Shown here: positions 10,063 through 19,472 of the stretch, one piece after another
How positions within the stretch are numbered: the stretch's first letter is position 1
Layout of the letters: every line of letters starts with the position of its first letter
IMG/VR virus record: IMGVR_UViG_3300030117_002543
Span: 1 to 57,228 of that record
Source: a virus
Taxonomy: Duplodnaviria > Caudoviricetes
DNA length: 57,228 bases
Direction: 5' to 3' (one strand)
Made by a program: the position numbers and the translations under genes
Notes under the pieces: model-generated
What the model saw: only the letters and a program-made list of their open reading frames with translations
The model's database searches: none
Told to the model about the DNA's origin: nothing

Positions 10063-11160
10063 TCACCCAATGAAGTACACCATGTTCGACTTGCCCTCTA
10101 GGGTCTTGTTGGCCTCTTCTATCAGAATGTCATGCTTGGTCTTCAAGTCAATGTTAGAGTTAGTCTCTGCAATCAGAATGGAGTTGTCATCATGTCGTAT
10201 CACCTCTGCGGCTACTAACTTAGTAGCGGCATCGTGTATCGTAGCAGGTACTCTACCCTCTCCGGCGAGATAGGTCACACGTATGCCGTTGTTTTCTATG
10301 AACGGATATTCCGAATGGAAGAATATCTTTCCTTCGTCACCGATGCTCCAATAGTCGCCTAGTCTGCGCTGGTCTTGGTTGTCAGTGAAACCCGTCACTG
10401 TTCCATAGGTAGATGCTAGTGTGCAATTCGTTCCATCCTCTCCCATCAATAGTGAGGATATGATTACCTTTGAACTGTCTTCGCTATCTGTTGTAGCATA
10501 AAAGAAGTCAGAGATATTAACTGCATTAGTGGTGTCCTTCAATGTCTTCGCCGCTGTCTCACCAGTGAACTTAGCGGTCTTCATCGGGTATACCTCGTTG
10601 ATTACGTCTACTATCTGACTGGCTGTAGTCTTAGCACCAAAGTTGTCATAGAAGTCCCTGACTGAGTTGTTCGCTAAATTTCGTATTGTGAATGTGTATG
10701 TGGTTGGTATGCCAACAGTGAGCGTGATTGTCCAATCATTGGTCGTCGCTGATTCAGGAACGTCAAGGGATGCGGTTGCAGAGGCCAAGTCCTTGTAACT
10801 ATTACCTTGCCAAACTTCTAGCCTGACAATCTTCTGCACTTTTGGATATGACAATTGCACGAACCCAACGTAATCCCTGTAACTTCTTAGAGGATATGCG
10901 CTCTTCGTGAATCCCTCAAAGGAATGAAACTCATCCTTGTAGATGGTCGGCCTATAGGATGTCTTCGTCTTGTCATCCACCTTCTCCTCGACTCTCTTGA
11001 TTATCTTGCCTACCTCTGCTATGGTAGGTGTAGTAGATGATGTGAATGAGTTTATCTGCAACAAATTGGATACATCGGTGTGTGTCGTGTAGAACCCTCT
11101 ACCATTTGTATAGTCCGGGTTTATCGATGTGAAATCACTTGGGGAGGATACCTTGCCCAT
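10063..11160 (-). CDS. Putative head-tail adaptor (connector) with inserted domain
   Basis: N-terminal 'YTTHTDVSNLL...IIKRVEEKVD' and C-terminal 'IRVTYLAG...VPATIHDAATKLVA' resemble gp6/gp15-type adaptors. Confidence 0.6.
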   Translation of the reverse strand: MGKVSSPSDFTSINPDYTNGRGFYTTHTDVSNLLQINSFTSSTTPTIAEVGKIIKRVEEKVDDKTKTSYRPTIYKDEFHSFEGFTKSAYPLRSYRDYVGFVQLSYPKVQKIVRLEVWQGNSYKDLASATASLDVPESATTNDWTITLTVGIPTTYTFTIRNLANNSVRDFYDNFGAKTTASQIVDVINEVYPMKTAKFTGETAAKTLKDTTNAVNISDFFYATTDSEDSSKVIISSLLMGEDGTNCTLASTYGTVTGFTDNQDQRRLGDYWSIGDEGKIFFHSEYPFIENNGIRVTYLAGEGRVPATIHDAATKLVAAEVIRHDDNSILIAETNSNIDLKTKHDILIEEANKTLEGKSNMVYFIG

Positions 11161-12845
11161 TAGCCCACCAGTCCCTTCAATCTATTGTAGCCCAACTTCA
11201 ACTCCATTAGGCTTTTGAAATCCTTCTCGGTATCTTGCATCTTTTGCCTGTCTAATTCTACGGCGGTTCTTGGCCCCTCACCACCCAAGGGTCTTCTTCC
11301 GAGGTCTTTCATCGGCTTGCCCTTCTCGTCAACTCTTTTTTGATATATCTCATAGTCCCTAGCACTGACTAGTTTTGTTGGTCTGAAATTTACCCTTAGT
11401 CTAACCATGCCTTTTCTCTCCTTTCCTGATTCCATAACTGGTACTGGATTGCCGCCTTTGTCCTTTGTTTCCTCAATGACATCTTTACCCATGGCTTGAT
11501 TGTATAGGGCATTTGCCAAATCATCAATCTTCTCTACATCTACTATTGTAGGCTTGCCATTGTCCTCCCAAATATCATACAGTTGTTCAGAAGTTAAATC
11601 GTCTAGTATCTGATTCTTCTTGGAGTCTTTTAGTCCTCTTACCTTTTCCAATTGCGGAGAGTCATCCACTTCGCTGAATGGTTTGTCTTGTGTGAATTTG
11701 TTAAATGCATACTCCATCAGTTTTACAATTGGCTTAATCTTCGTACTTCCCTCTACAGCCTTGCCCTCTAGTTTTCTCACGTACTTCATCCAAGTCTCCT
11801 TAGTCAGTGGATTGTTCAGCCCGAAACCAACGTTCTTTAAATCACCAGCAGATAGGTTATCCACTAATATGTCCAGTTTACCCACGTTCAACATCCTATC
11901 CTCTGGTTCAACTAGAGACAATAGAACGCTCTTCAATGGTGATTGCTTCTGTGATAGAATTACTTTCTCGATGTATTTCTCTAAGTTTTTTAGTGAAAGT
12001 AGGTTTTGATAAACATCCCATGTTTCTTCTACGTCATCGATGAGTCTGGTCTTACCAAACCCTTCCATCCTGTATCTACCATCATTAGTCCTGTCTATGC
12101 TGAATATCTCAACAGTCTCGTCTACTTCACCACTCTTTGGACTGGCAATGGTCAGTTTGGAATCTTCCTTCTCTAACTTTCCATAGCCCTCTGCTACTGA
12201 TATCTGCTCAATGTACTTCTCAGTGTCGAATGTGATTTGGTTATCCTTTACCTCTATGTGGTCTTTTATCTCCTCATACAGTATCGGCCTAGAATCAAGG
12301 AAGGCTCCTATGAATCCACCTGTAGTGTCATCATCCATAGCACCAAATGGCAACCCTTCCTTGAATCCTTCTGCGGTCTTCTTCCCCTTCATCGTTCTTT
12401 GGAGTTTGTTGTTGTTGTCCAAATCAGAGAGGATGAAACCCATCTCCTTCATCTTTGCAAGTATCGAAGTGGATAGGATATCATCTGGAAGCAGGTTCTC
12501 ACGCTTCAAGTCCTTGACTATCTCATCAACCAATTGCTTCTCCATAGTGTCTAGGAACTTTCTCTGATAGTCCTTGAAGTCCTGCTCATCAAACTCATAT
12601 CCTTCGTTGTCTGGTTCTCTATCGAACTCCTCTTGGGTGTATGTCAGAAGCCCACCCATTCGACCTTGTATCATATCTAGTTTGGAGTTCGACTTCCTGT
12701 TGCTTATCCAAGAGAAGGGATATGCTAACATCTGTCGAAAGAACTTCTCTTCAATGAGAGTCTGGTAATCTGCGTTCTTGTTGGCATCTAGAATTAACGT
12801 CTGCCCATCTGCGCTTACGTCTTCATCCAGATAGATTCTGCCCAT
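11160..12845 (-). CDS. Hypothetical protein (561 aa, acidic)
   Basis: Long ORF with RBS, coupled to neighbours. Confidence 0.75.
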   Translation of the reverse strand: MGRIYLDEDVSADGQTLILDANKNADYQTLIEEKFFRQMLAYPFSWISNRKSNSKLDMIQGRMGGLLTYTQEEFDREPDNEGYEFDEQDFKDYQRKFLDTMEKQLVDEIVKDLKRENLLPDDILSTSILAKMKEMGFILSDLDNNNKLQRTMKGKKTAEGFKEGLPFGAMDDDTTGGFIGAFLDSRPILYEEIKDHIEVKDNQITFDTEKYIEQISVAEGYGKLEKEDSKLTIASPKSGEVDETVEIFSIDRTNDGRYRMEGFGKTRLIDDVEETWDVYQNLLSLKNLEKYIEKVILSQKQSPLKSVLLSLVEPEDRMLNVGKLDILVDNLSAGDLKNVGFGLNNPLTKETWMKYVRKLEGKAVEGSTKIKPIVKLMEYAFNKFTQDKPFSEVDDSPQLEKVRGLKDSKKNQILDDLTSEQLYDIWEDNGKPTIVDVEKIDDLANALYNQAMGKDVIEETKDKGGNPVPVMESGKERKGMVRLRVNFRPTKLVSARDYEIYQKRVDEKGKPMKDLGRRPLGGEGPRTAVELDRQKMQDTEKDFKSLMELKLGYNRLKGLVG

Positions 12846-12854
12846 TCACCCCAC

Positions 12855-13565
12855 CTATGCAAGCCACTTAGCCCATGCAATGCCCTTACTCATGGCATTA
12901 GCAAGACCAAGACCACTTGAAGGTGGTGTATAGGACATTTGACCCGAAACGGGGTCAATCCAGTATGGATTATTCATATTGTCATATCCAGCAGGTGGCA
13001 CTGGATAACCCGACTGGTTGTTGAATGCCATCTGCTGTTGCATCATTGCATTGTTCATTCCAACTGCGGCACTGTTACCCTGTATCATCGATGGGTCTAC
13101 TCCACCGGGATTGCTCATCCCCGCTCCTCCCATCGATAGTTGTTGTTGCTCCCCTGCTGGCGTAGCGAAACCTTGAGATTCCAAATACTGTGCTTTTGCC
13201 ATTCTCCTTTGCATTACTACTTCTGAGTTGATTGCAGAAGCAAGGAGTGTCTGTAGGTCTAGATTGATGTTAGCCTCTGTAATTGTGCCAAACGCGGAAG
13301 TGGCATCGGAGTGCATGTTCATTACACCAGCACTGTCAGTCGTGAACTTCAACTCAGGGAGCATCTGTCCCAACACCTTCTGTACAGTATCTTCAATGAG
13401 TTGAGCCAATGCCGCTAGGAATGCCTCTCCATGATACTGAAAGAAGTCCTCTACATGGTTCTCTTGTAGAGTCAACAGATTGTTCATTGTCTTGAACTGA
13501 GACTGTTGATTGTTCTGCATTGTGTTCATCAAAGTGCTATTGCTAGTACCGAATAATCCCATCAC
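12855..13565 (-). CDS. Hypothetical Q/M/N-rich protein with C-terminal amphipathic helix
   Basis: ORF coupled to 13562..14239; ends 'GLANAMSKGIAWAKWLA'. Confidence 0.75.
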   Translation of the reverse strand: MMGLFGTSNSTLMNTMQNNQQSQFKTMNNLLTLQENHVEDFFQYHGEAFLAALAQLIEDTVQKVLGQMLPELKFTTDSAGVMNMHSDATSAFGTITEANINLDLQTLLASAINSEVVMQRRMAKAQYLESQGFATPAGEQQQLSMGGAGMSNPGGVDPSMIQGNSAAVGMNNAMMQQQMAFNNQSGYPVPPAGYDNMNNPYWIDPVSGQMSYTPPSSGLGLANAMSKGIAWAKWLA

Positions 13566-14239
13566 TGCTCACTCTCCACTACAGGAACCTTAGTACCCTC
13601 AGTCAATAATGTTTTCACTCTTGAGTTAACTGCGTCTGATTCCACAGTCAGCCGAAACAGTTCTTCCTCTTTACTCTCTTCGTTAGACGCTGGTGGTTTG
13701 ATAGTCCATCCCAATGAACTCAAAGAAGCGATATCAGTTGCTTTCAAACTAGTCAACGGCCCACTCGCTAATGGATTCAGTGTTGTAGGCATCGAAGGAG
13801 CCTTTGGTATGTATGCGCTGAAAGAGAGACCGTGTTCCTCTGCTAGTATCTGTTGCTCTAGCATCTCATATTGCCTGTGTATGGCGGCGTGTTTCTCGCA
13901 ATAGGTTCCTCTCATCGGATATCCCTTGCGTACCTTGTGCAATGGCAGTGGTGGTCTCAGGTTGTCACCTGCTTCCCAAACCTTGTGGGTTCCACAAACA
14001 ACGCATCTGTCCTTTATGTTGTACTTGAACCTGTACGGCACTTTCAGGAAGGTTTTGGTTTCTGGTTTGAGGACTTTCATTATCTCCTTCAATTGTTTCT
14101 TTGGCTTGTGACTTTTGTACTCATATTGCATCACTGGCCCTGCCGCTCTTGCGGCATCTTCCTTGTCCATGAACGCTTTATTCGTTACATTCGTTGAGTT
14201 AGCCCCGATGAGGCTAGGTGGTGTAAACTGCATACTCAT
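13562..14239 (-). CDS. Zinc-finger protein
   Basis: CVVC...YCEKH metal-binding motif. Confidence 0.65.
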   Translation of the reverse strand: MSMQFTPPSLIGANSTNVTNKAFMDKEDAARAAGPVMQYEYKSHKPKKQLKEIMKVLKPETKTFLKVPYRFKYNIKDRCVVCGTHKVWEAGDNLRPPLPLHKVRKGYPMRGTYCEKHAAIHRQYEMLEQQILAEEHGLSFSAYIPKAPSMPTTLNPLASGPLTSLKATDIASLSSLGWTIKPPASNEESKEEELFRLTVESDAVNSRVKTLLTEGTKVPVVESEQ

Positions 14240-14251
14240 GCCCTTTCACCT

Positions 14252-14923
14252 CTAGTAGTCCTTTATCATTGTTAGGACACCCCTGTAGACCATCTCCGAG
14301 TCGGATTTAGCACTTACAATATACTTGTGACAGGGTATTCCCTTGTCGTTTAACTTTTGCATTCCCTCTCTGAATGCGGCGAATATGGGATGTCCCTCTA
14401 TCGGCCCATCGTAGTCATACCTGTCTTTCCATAGGTCGTATTTATTGGCCCATATGGATACTGCAATCGGATAGTCTGCCTCTCTTTTCTTTTTCTTTTT
14501 CCCATTGTAATGCCAGTATGGTTCGCATATCGTATCAACTAAGAATGTCCAACACAACTGCTGTTCGATGTCATAGTGCTTGTTCATGTGCCTATCATCA
14601 ATCATAAATATGACATACTTGACTCTTCTTTCTTTCATGTCCTTAATCCACTCTTGCCAGTAGACTGTCTGTCCTCCTAAGTCAGCGGTCTTTACTGTGT
14701 GTGCATCTCCGTCTAGTTTGACGTATTTTCTAGATGCACGTTGCAATCCCTCTGTCCTATGTCGAATATCAGGAACCTCACCTCTTGTTCTCAACTGGTG
14801 ATTCAACGTTGTCTTTCCTGCTTGGCTTGCTCCGTATATTCCGAAGTTGATTGCGTGTATTCTCTGGTATATCTTGTTAAGTCCCTCGACTATCAATATG
14901 GCAAATCCTGCCATCACTGACAA
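14252..14923 (-). CDS. Ras-superfamily small GTPase, Arf/Sar-like
   Basis: G1 GASQAGKT, G2 Thr (HRTEG), G3 DLGGQ, G4 NKYD, G5 SAK; probable TTG start at 14923 after GGTGAT; N-terminal hydrophobic/amphipathic helix. Confidence 0.85.
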   Translation of the reverse strand: MSVMAGFAILIVEGLNKIYQRIHAINFGIYGASQAGKTTLNHQLRTRGEVPDIRHRTEGLQRASRKYVKLDGDAHTVKTADLGGQTVYWQEWIKDMKERRVKYVIFMIDDRHMNKHYDIEQQLCWTFLVDTICEPYWHYNGKKKKKREADYPIAVSIWANKYDLWKDRYDYDGPIEGHPIFAAFREGMQKLNDKGIPCHKYIVSAKSDSEMVYRGVLTMIKDY

Positions 14924-14927
14924 GGTA

Positions 14928-15152
14928 TCACCACAGGTGATTCCAGAAATCCATAAAGCCATTCCATGCGATGGATAGAGTGTTCACACCTGCTATGGCA
15001 AATGCCTGTCCTATGACGAAACTAGTGAGAGATGCCACTGCTCCCCAAAACCAAAACCTAGCCCGTAAGAACCAGATATCAGCAGAGTGCGCTCTTTGTA
15101 AGTCATATGCGAGAGTTGACTCATCCATTCCAAATAGGATTTCGCTGACCAC
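14928..15152 (-). CDS. Small membrane protein
   Basis: Hydrophobic segment 'FWFWGAVASLTSFVIGQAFAIAGV'. Confidence 0.7.
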   Translation of the reverse strand: MVSEILFGMDESTLAYDLQRAHSADIWFLRARFWFWGAVASLTSFVIGQAFAIAGVNTLSIAWNGFMDFWNHLW

Positions 15153-15165
15153 TCACATCACTCCC

Positions 15166-15597
15166 TCACTGTTCTGTTTCCAAGGTTAAGAATGAACCCG
15201 GTGTGTTTGGGTTCAGATTTGGAAGGTTGCTGTCACCGTAGACGTTTGGTGGTGAAACCACTGTCTGGTTCCAGTTCTGTTGGAACTGCCTGAAAGAGTC
15301 CCTGACTCTCTTTCTGTTCTCCTCTTCTCTAGCCTTCCTAGCCCAATAAGCATCTATTCTCCTCTGTAGCAAGAATTCCTCAATCCAATCATTGAGAATC
15401 ATATCGAATAGGGCTTTCAAAATCATAATCCCACCTATGGTGGATATCCCAAAGAGGACAGCATGTTCCTCTGCTCCGTATGGGAAACTCATTCCGTACT
15501 GGGAATAGAAATAGATGTTTATCCCGCTGACTGCTCCTACGAACAGTATTGTCATCACTAGTCTTGTGTCTGTATCTATACTTGGCATATTTATCAC
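15166..15597 (-). CDS. Membrane protein (2 predicted TM helices plus charged tail)
   Basis: 'LVMTILFVGAVSGINIYFY' and 'AVLFGISTIGGIMILKALF' hydrophobic segments. Confidence 0.7.
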   Translation of the reverse strand: MINMPSIDTDTRLVMTILFVGAVSGINIYFYSQYGMSFPYGAEEHAVLFGISTIGGIMILKALFDMILNDWIEEFLLQRRIDAYWARKAREEENRKRVRDSFRQFQQNWNQTVVSPPNVYGDSNLPNLNPNTPGSFLTLETEQ

Positions 15598-15908
15598 GCA
15601 AATTCAATCGAGTAAGCACCAGTACCCGTTACGTCAACGTAAATACCGTTTTGGCATACTACCCCATGCATGTCATATTCCAGTGATTGCGCTCTAGTTG
15701 CTCCTGTAGAGTGTATTTGCAATCGTGCCACCTCTATTTCACCGCCACTACCTAGTCCTGTGCCATCGGCACTGTCGTAGACTTGTACGGTGAATGTCCC
15801 ATCTGCAACTGTAGATGCGTGTATGGAAATCAGTTTGCATCTACCTGTTCTTATGATAGCATCAGCAGTTCTTACGCCGCTGGTAAAACAAGTCCCACTG
15901 CTTGCCAT
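15594..15908 (-). CDS. Small beta-rich putative virion protein
   Basis: 104 aa, G/T-rich, in capsid operon. Confidence 0.6.
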   Translation of the reverse strand: MASSGTCFTSGVRTADAIIRTGRCKLISIHASTVADGTFTVQVYDSADGTGLGSGGEIEVARLQIHSTGATRAQSLEYDMHGVVCQNGIYVDVTGTGAYSIEFA

Positions 15909-16393
15909 TATGCTCCCTCGGTTAGCGTCTTAATCAGGTCTGCTTTTCTACCTTCTGTAGAAAGTCCTCTTTCTTCCAAGAGTTCCTTTAGGACTTTCAC
16001 TGTGAGTTTGTTCAAGTCAGGAGGAAGTGGACTTCCCTCCTTCTTCTCTTCTTTTGGTTCTTCCTTTACCTCTGCTATCTCAGGCTCAGGAACTTTCTTT
16101 CTTCCCATTAGTTTCTCTGTTCTGGACTTTGGATATAGGTTATCCATCACACCCTTTCCATCTGGACCGCGAAGTTTCAGCATTTTGGATAGGTGCTTTA
16201 CCTTGTGAGGATTCCTCTCCATTAGTCTTTGAATCTCTCTCTTGTCGTCTGCTGTGAATTCGACATGTACGTTTCTATCACCATAAAGCACGATACCCTT
16301 TCGTGTAGGAACCCTTGTACCGTTCCTATCGAAGGTGTATCCCTGCCACTGTATTTTACTACCGTTTTTGCTTCTTACTACTGCCATATTCAC
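15908..16393 (-). CDS. SAP-domain protein
   Basis: C-terminal 'LNKLTVKVLKELLEERGLSTEGRKADLIKTL' matches the SAP/HeH nucleic-acid-binding consensus. Confidence 0.8.
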   Translation of the reverse strand: MNMAVVRSKNGSKIQWQGYTFDRNGTRVPTRKGIVLYGDRNVHVEFTADDKREIQRLMERNPHKVKHLSKMLKLRGPDGKGVMDNLYPKSRTEKLMGRKKVPEPEIAEVKEEPKEEKKEGSPLPPDLNKLTVKVLKELLEERGLSTEGRKADLIKTLTEGA

Positions 16394-16408
16394 ACCATAA
16401 ATTAGGGG

Positions 16409-16450
16409 GTAGCAACCCCCTTCCTGTTACTCTAGGAAGAGGGCCGCTAC
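16409..16450 (-). terminator. 17-bp hairpin after capsid genes (terminator or mRNA stabiliser)
   Basis: Minus-strand GTAGCGGCCCTCTTCCT-AGAGTAAC-AGGAAGGGGGTTGCTAC pairs fully when G-U is allowed. Confidence 0.65.
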
Positions 16451-16462
16451 TTTATGTTTTAC

Positions 16463-16825
16463 TCAAATTAGCCCGTAGACTCTAAGTCTAAACTGCATAC
16501 CACTGTGGGTATTACCATCAGTTTGTTCTGCTGGTGTGGCTTGTAGAGCGTCTACTATCAACATAGTAAACGAGTTGCCGGATGTGTATGCACCCGCTTC
16601 TGAGACTACGAAGGTCGGATAGAACTTCACATTCGCAGTTCCGGTCAGCGTCACTGCATTAACTGTCGATAGTCCGAAGTTAGATGCACTGAACACTACA
16701 CCAGATGCGTCATATGTTGAAACATCCACTACTGCATCCACGTAATACTCATCACCGTGTACGTGGGGAGCAGTGTGTCCCTTGTGGTCAGGTAGGATGG
16801 TTACCGTAAAAACTTCCTCAGTCAT
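16463..16825 (-). CDS. Putative capsid decoration/minor head protein
   Basis: 120-aa beta-rich ORF immediately after the major capsid gene. Confidence 0.55.
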   Translation of the reverse strand: MTEEVFTVTILPDHKGHTAPHVHGDEYYVDAVVDVSTYDASGVVFSASNFGLSTVNAVTLTGTANVKFYPTFVVSEAGAYTSGNSFTMLIVDALQATPAEQTDGNTHSGMQFRLRVYGLI

Positions 16826-16839
16826 ACGAAATCACCCGC

Positions 16840-18210
16840 CTACGCACTCGTTATGTTGGTAATCTTTCCTTGGCCCTTGAAGAAGGAGCAACCAGTCTCG
16901 CCCATGGTGCGGTACATTCCTTGGTTCCCAAGTTTTCCAACACCGAATGGGTCACCGTTAGTGATACCATTCTCAAAGTACTGAGTAGGCTTCATCACCG
17001 ATAGCCACAGATGGTCAGTGTCTAGGATGAGTATGTCACTCAACTTGTTCGCAGTCGCATTACCAGTCTGTGTCATGTCCTTGGCTGGAATGATTGGTAT
17101 GTCGTAGTATGTTGCAACTCTGAAACCAACCTCTGCACCCTTGACTCCACGAACTCCATTGTGGGTGGGTACGATTTCCTTCCTGTCCATGAACCTCTCT
17201 TGGCTCTGTAGTAGGTCAGATATGTGCTGGATAGTATCGTATCCAGTTAGCATGACCTTGGGGTTACCTCCGTTCTGCCTGATTCTCCTAATCATGTCGT
17301 TCAAGATAGTCAGTGTTAGAACCCTTGCGTTACCAGCGGCGTATCCTGCACCGAAGTCAACCTCTGCTGAGAGGAAGTCCTCAGTACCAGTGTAGTCACC
17401 ACTGCTGTTAGCGACAGTTCTGGTTGCACCAAAAATCTTGGTCTGTGTGACTGGCAGTGCGGCGGCATTGCCACTCTGCTCACCCATGTCTGCGTCACCC
17501 ATTGCGGCTAGTTCACCAGCAGACGAGACTATCTTCAATAGAGAAGTGTAGTTCTCCTCAATCTCGTCGTACTCTGCCTTGTCGTAGAACTCTAGTGGCA
17601 TCAGAAGCATCTTGTTCTGAACCTCTGCGTGGTGCTTACCCATGTCCTCTCTTACGATTGCTCGTATGTCACCAACACCGTCATCGATTGCGGCCAACTC
17701 CATTCCGAGTTCAGAGAACTCAAAGAGGTGTGCCACAGTCTTTGGACTGACGTAGAGTTTGGTGTACTCAGGAGACAATGCCCTGAATGAAGCATCTCCT
17801 CCAAGCACTGCGTTCTCTCCGACACCACCAATCTTGTCTGCGGATATTCCAGATAGGTCAGCCGTGCTTGCACCGGGGTCTTGTGTACCAACGGCGAATG
17901 CGTTTCCACTACCACCAGCAGGTCGGCTCTTGAGAACTCTCCAACCACTGGAAGTGTATGGCCTCTTGGAAATCATCGACAGTGCGTTGACTTCCTGATT
18001 TAGCATCGACCAGACTTTCTGTCCGTATAGCAAGTTGTATAGGTCACCAAGTCCACTTGCTCCGGAGAAGTTGTTTGCCGAATTGTCGTGCGGCGTTCCA
18101 AATCCTCCAACTACTCCACTGCTCTTTAGCAGGGCATTCCCTGTTCCTCCGACCATGCCATAGGTGCTGGCTTCTAGGTCTGCTATTGTTCTAATATGTC
18201 CATTACTCAT
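16840..18210 (-). CDS. Major capsid protein (HK97 fold)
   Basis: 456 aa following protease/scaffold; 'LTLTILNDMIRRIRQNGGNPKVMLTG', 'VATYYDIPIIP', 'QGKITNI' typical of archaeal HK97-type capsids. Confidence 0.9.
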   Translation of the reverse strand: MSNGHIRTIADLEASTYGMVGGTGNALLKSSGVVGGFGTPHDNSANNFSGASGLGDLYNLLYGQKVWSMLNQEVNALSMISKRPYTSSGWRVLKSRPAGGSGNAFAVGTQDPGASTADLSGISADKIGGVGENAVLGGDASFRALSPEYTKLYVSPKTVAHLFEFSELGMELAAIDDGVGDIRAIVREDMGKHHAEVQNKMLLMPLEFYDKAEYDEIEENYTSLLKIVSSAGELAAMGDADMGEQSGNAAALPVTQTKIFGATRTVANSSGDYTGTEDFLSAEVDFGAGYAAGNARVLTLTILNDMIRRIRQNGGNPKVMLTGYDTIQHISDLLQSQERFMDRKEIVPTHNGVRGVKGAEVGFRVATYYDIPIIPAKDMTQTGNATANKLSDILILDTDHLWLSVMKPTQYFENGITNGDPFGVGKLGNQGMYRTMGETGCSFFKGQGKITNITSA

Positions 18211-18221
18211 ACTTCATCACC

Positions 18222-19451
18222 TCACTGATACCTCTCCACAATATTGTGAATGTCACTCCATGAAATCTCGGCGGCTTCCTGTAGGTTGGTTGGGATACCT
18301 TCTGGTAACTCAAACGCAACTTCCCTTGCCTTCCTTATCTCATCGCTTTCTGCCGAAAGAGACTTGCGTAGTTCAGCGAACTCTTCCTTAAGAGCGGCCA
18401 CATCGTTGCGAGCATCGTACTCTGCTCTCTCTGCGGCTGACTTCTTGACGGATAGTTCTGCCTCTAGACGGTCACTGAATTCCTTGTTGAGGGATTCGTA
18501 AGCCATTGCTTCCAGTCTCTCGGCCTTGAACGCTTCGTATGCCTTCTCGACATTCTCAACGCTTAGGTCAAGAGTGGAGAAATCGCTGTTCTCCAATCCC
18601 TTTGATACCTTTAGAGGTGCTGGGGTTGCGACGGGGTTCCCGCCACTGACGACTTCTTCTCCGGCCTCGTAGTCTCTTGTTGAATCCTCATCAAGAGCCT
18701 TCTCCTCCATATCGTCTTCTTCGTCGGCCATCTTCATCTCGCCGCCCATTTTCTCCTCTTCAGACATCATCTTCTCGTCTTCATCAGTGTCCATCATCTC
18801 TGACATGTCACCTTTCTCCATTTCTTCTTCTTCTTCCTTGCGGAGGGAATTGACTTGCTTCATCAAGTCATTTAACTCCTCAAGTGCTTTTTCCAGTTTT
18901 TCACTCATTTCTTTTTCCTCCATTTTTAAAATGTCGAATTTTGCTTCCGGGTTTATTCCTTTTTCACAGACAGTAACTTCATGCAACTCAAGTTTTTCTA
19001 TCTCGTTGTATTCCCCAAACTCCTCAGATTTTCTCTGTCTCTTTGATATCGCTTGTCCACCTATGCTGAAAGACCGTAATGTTCCTTTCCTAATACCTCT
19101 TGAGATTTCCTTAGCCTTCTCGATGTCATCGCGCATCTTGATTACTACATAGAATCCAACGTCATCTACACCAGTTTTGTGTAAGACACCGTTTGAATCT
19201 CGGTATTTTTCTACAACCTCCCCAACTTGAACATTTGAATGATTTGACATTACATTTCTGTATTTTTCTTCTTCCATGTATTTCTTGACTGCTTCTTCCA
19301 ACGCATCTAGTGTAATTAGGTCATTTTGCTTGTCTACAATTTCTATAGATGCATACCCTCCAATTACTAGATTATCTGACTTTAATATGTTAAATTCAGC
19401 ACTAGTTTCTGCCTTCAATAATACTCCTGTCTTTCCCGACACTCCAATCAC
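18222..19451 (-). CDS. Prohead protease fused to acidic scaffold domain
   Basis: 'VIGGYASIEIVDKQNDLI', catalytic H (SNHSN) and S (SFSIGG), 'LHEVTVCEKGINPEA'; coiled-coil acidic C-terminal half. Confidence 0.9.
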   Translation of the reverse strand: MIGVSGKTGVLLKAETSAEFNILKSDNLVIGGYASIEIVDKQNDLITLDALEEAVKKYMEEEKYRNVMSNHSNVQVGEVVEKYRDSNGVLHKTGVDDVGFYVVIKMRDDIEKAKEISRGIRKGTLRSFSIGGQAISKRQRKSEEFGEYNEIEKLELHEVTVCEKGINPEAKFDILKMEEKEMSEKLEKALEELNDLMKQVNSLRKEEEEEMEKGDMSEMMDTDEDEKMMSEEEKMGGEMKMADEEDDMEEKALDEDSTRDYEAGEEVVSGGNPVATPAPLKVSKGLENSDFSTLDLSVENVEKAYEAFKAERLEAMAYESLNKEFSDRLEAELSVKKSAAERAEYDARNDVAALKEEFAELRKSLSAESDEIRKAREVAFELPEGIPTNLQEAAEISWSDIHNIVERYQ

Positions 19452-19472
19452 CTGTTTCTTTTACTATTTAAC

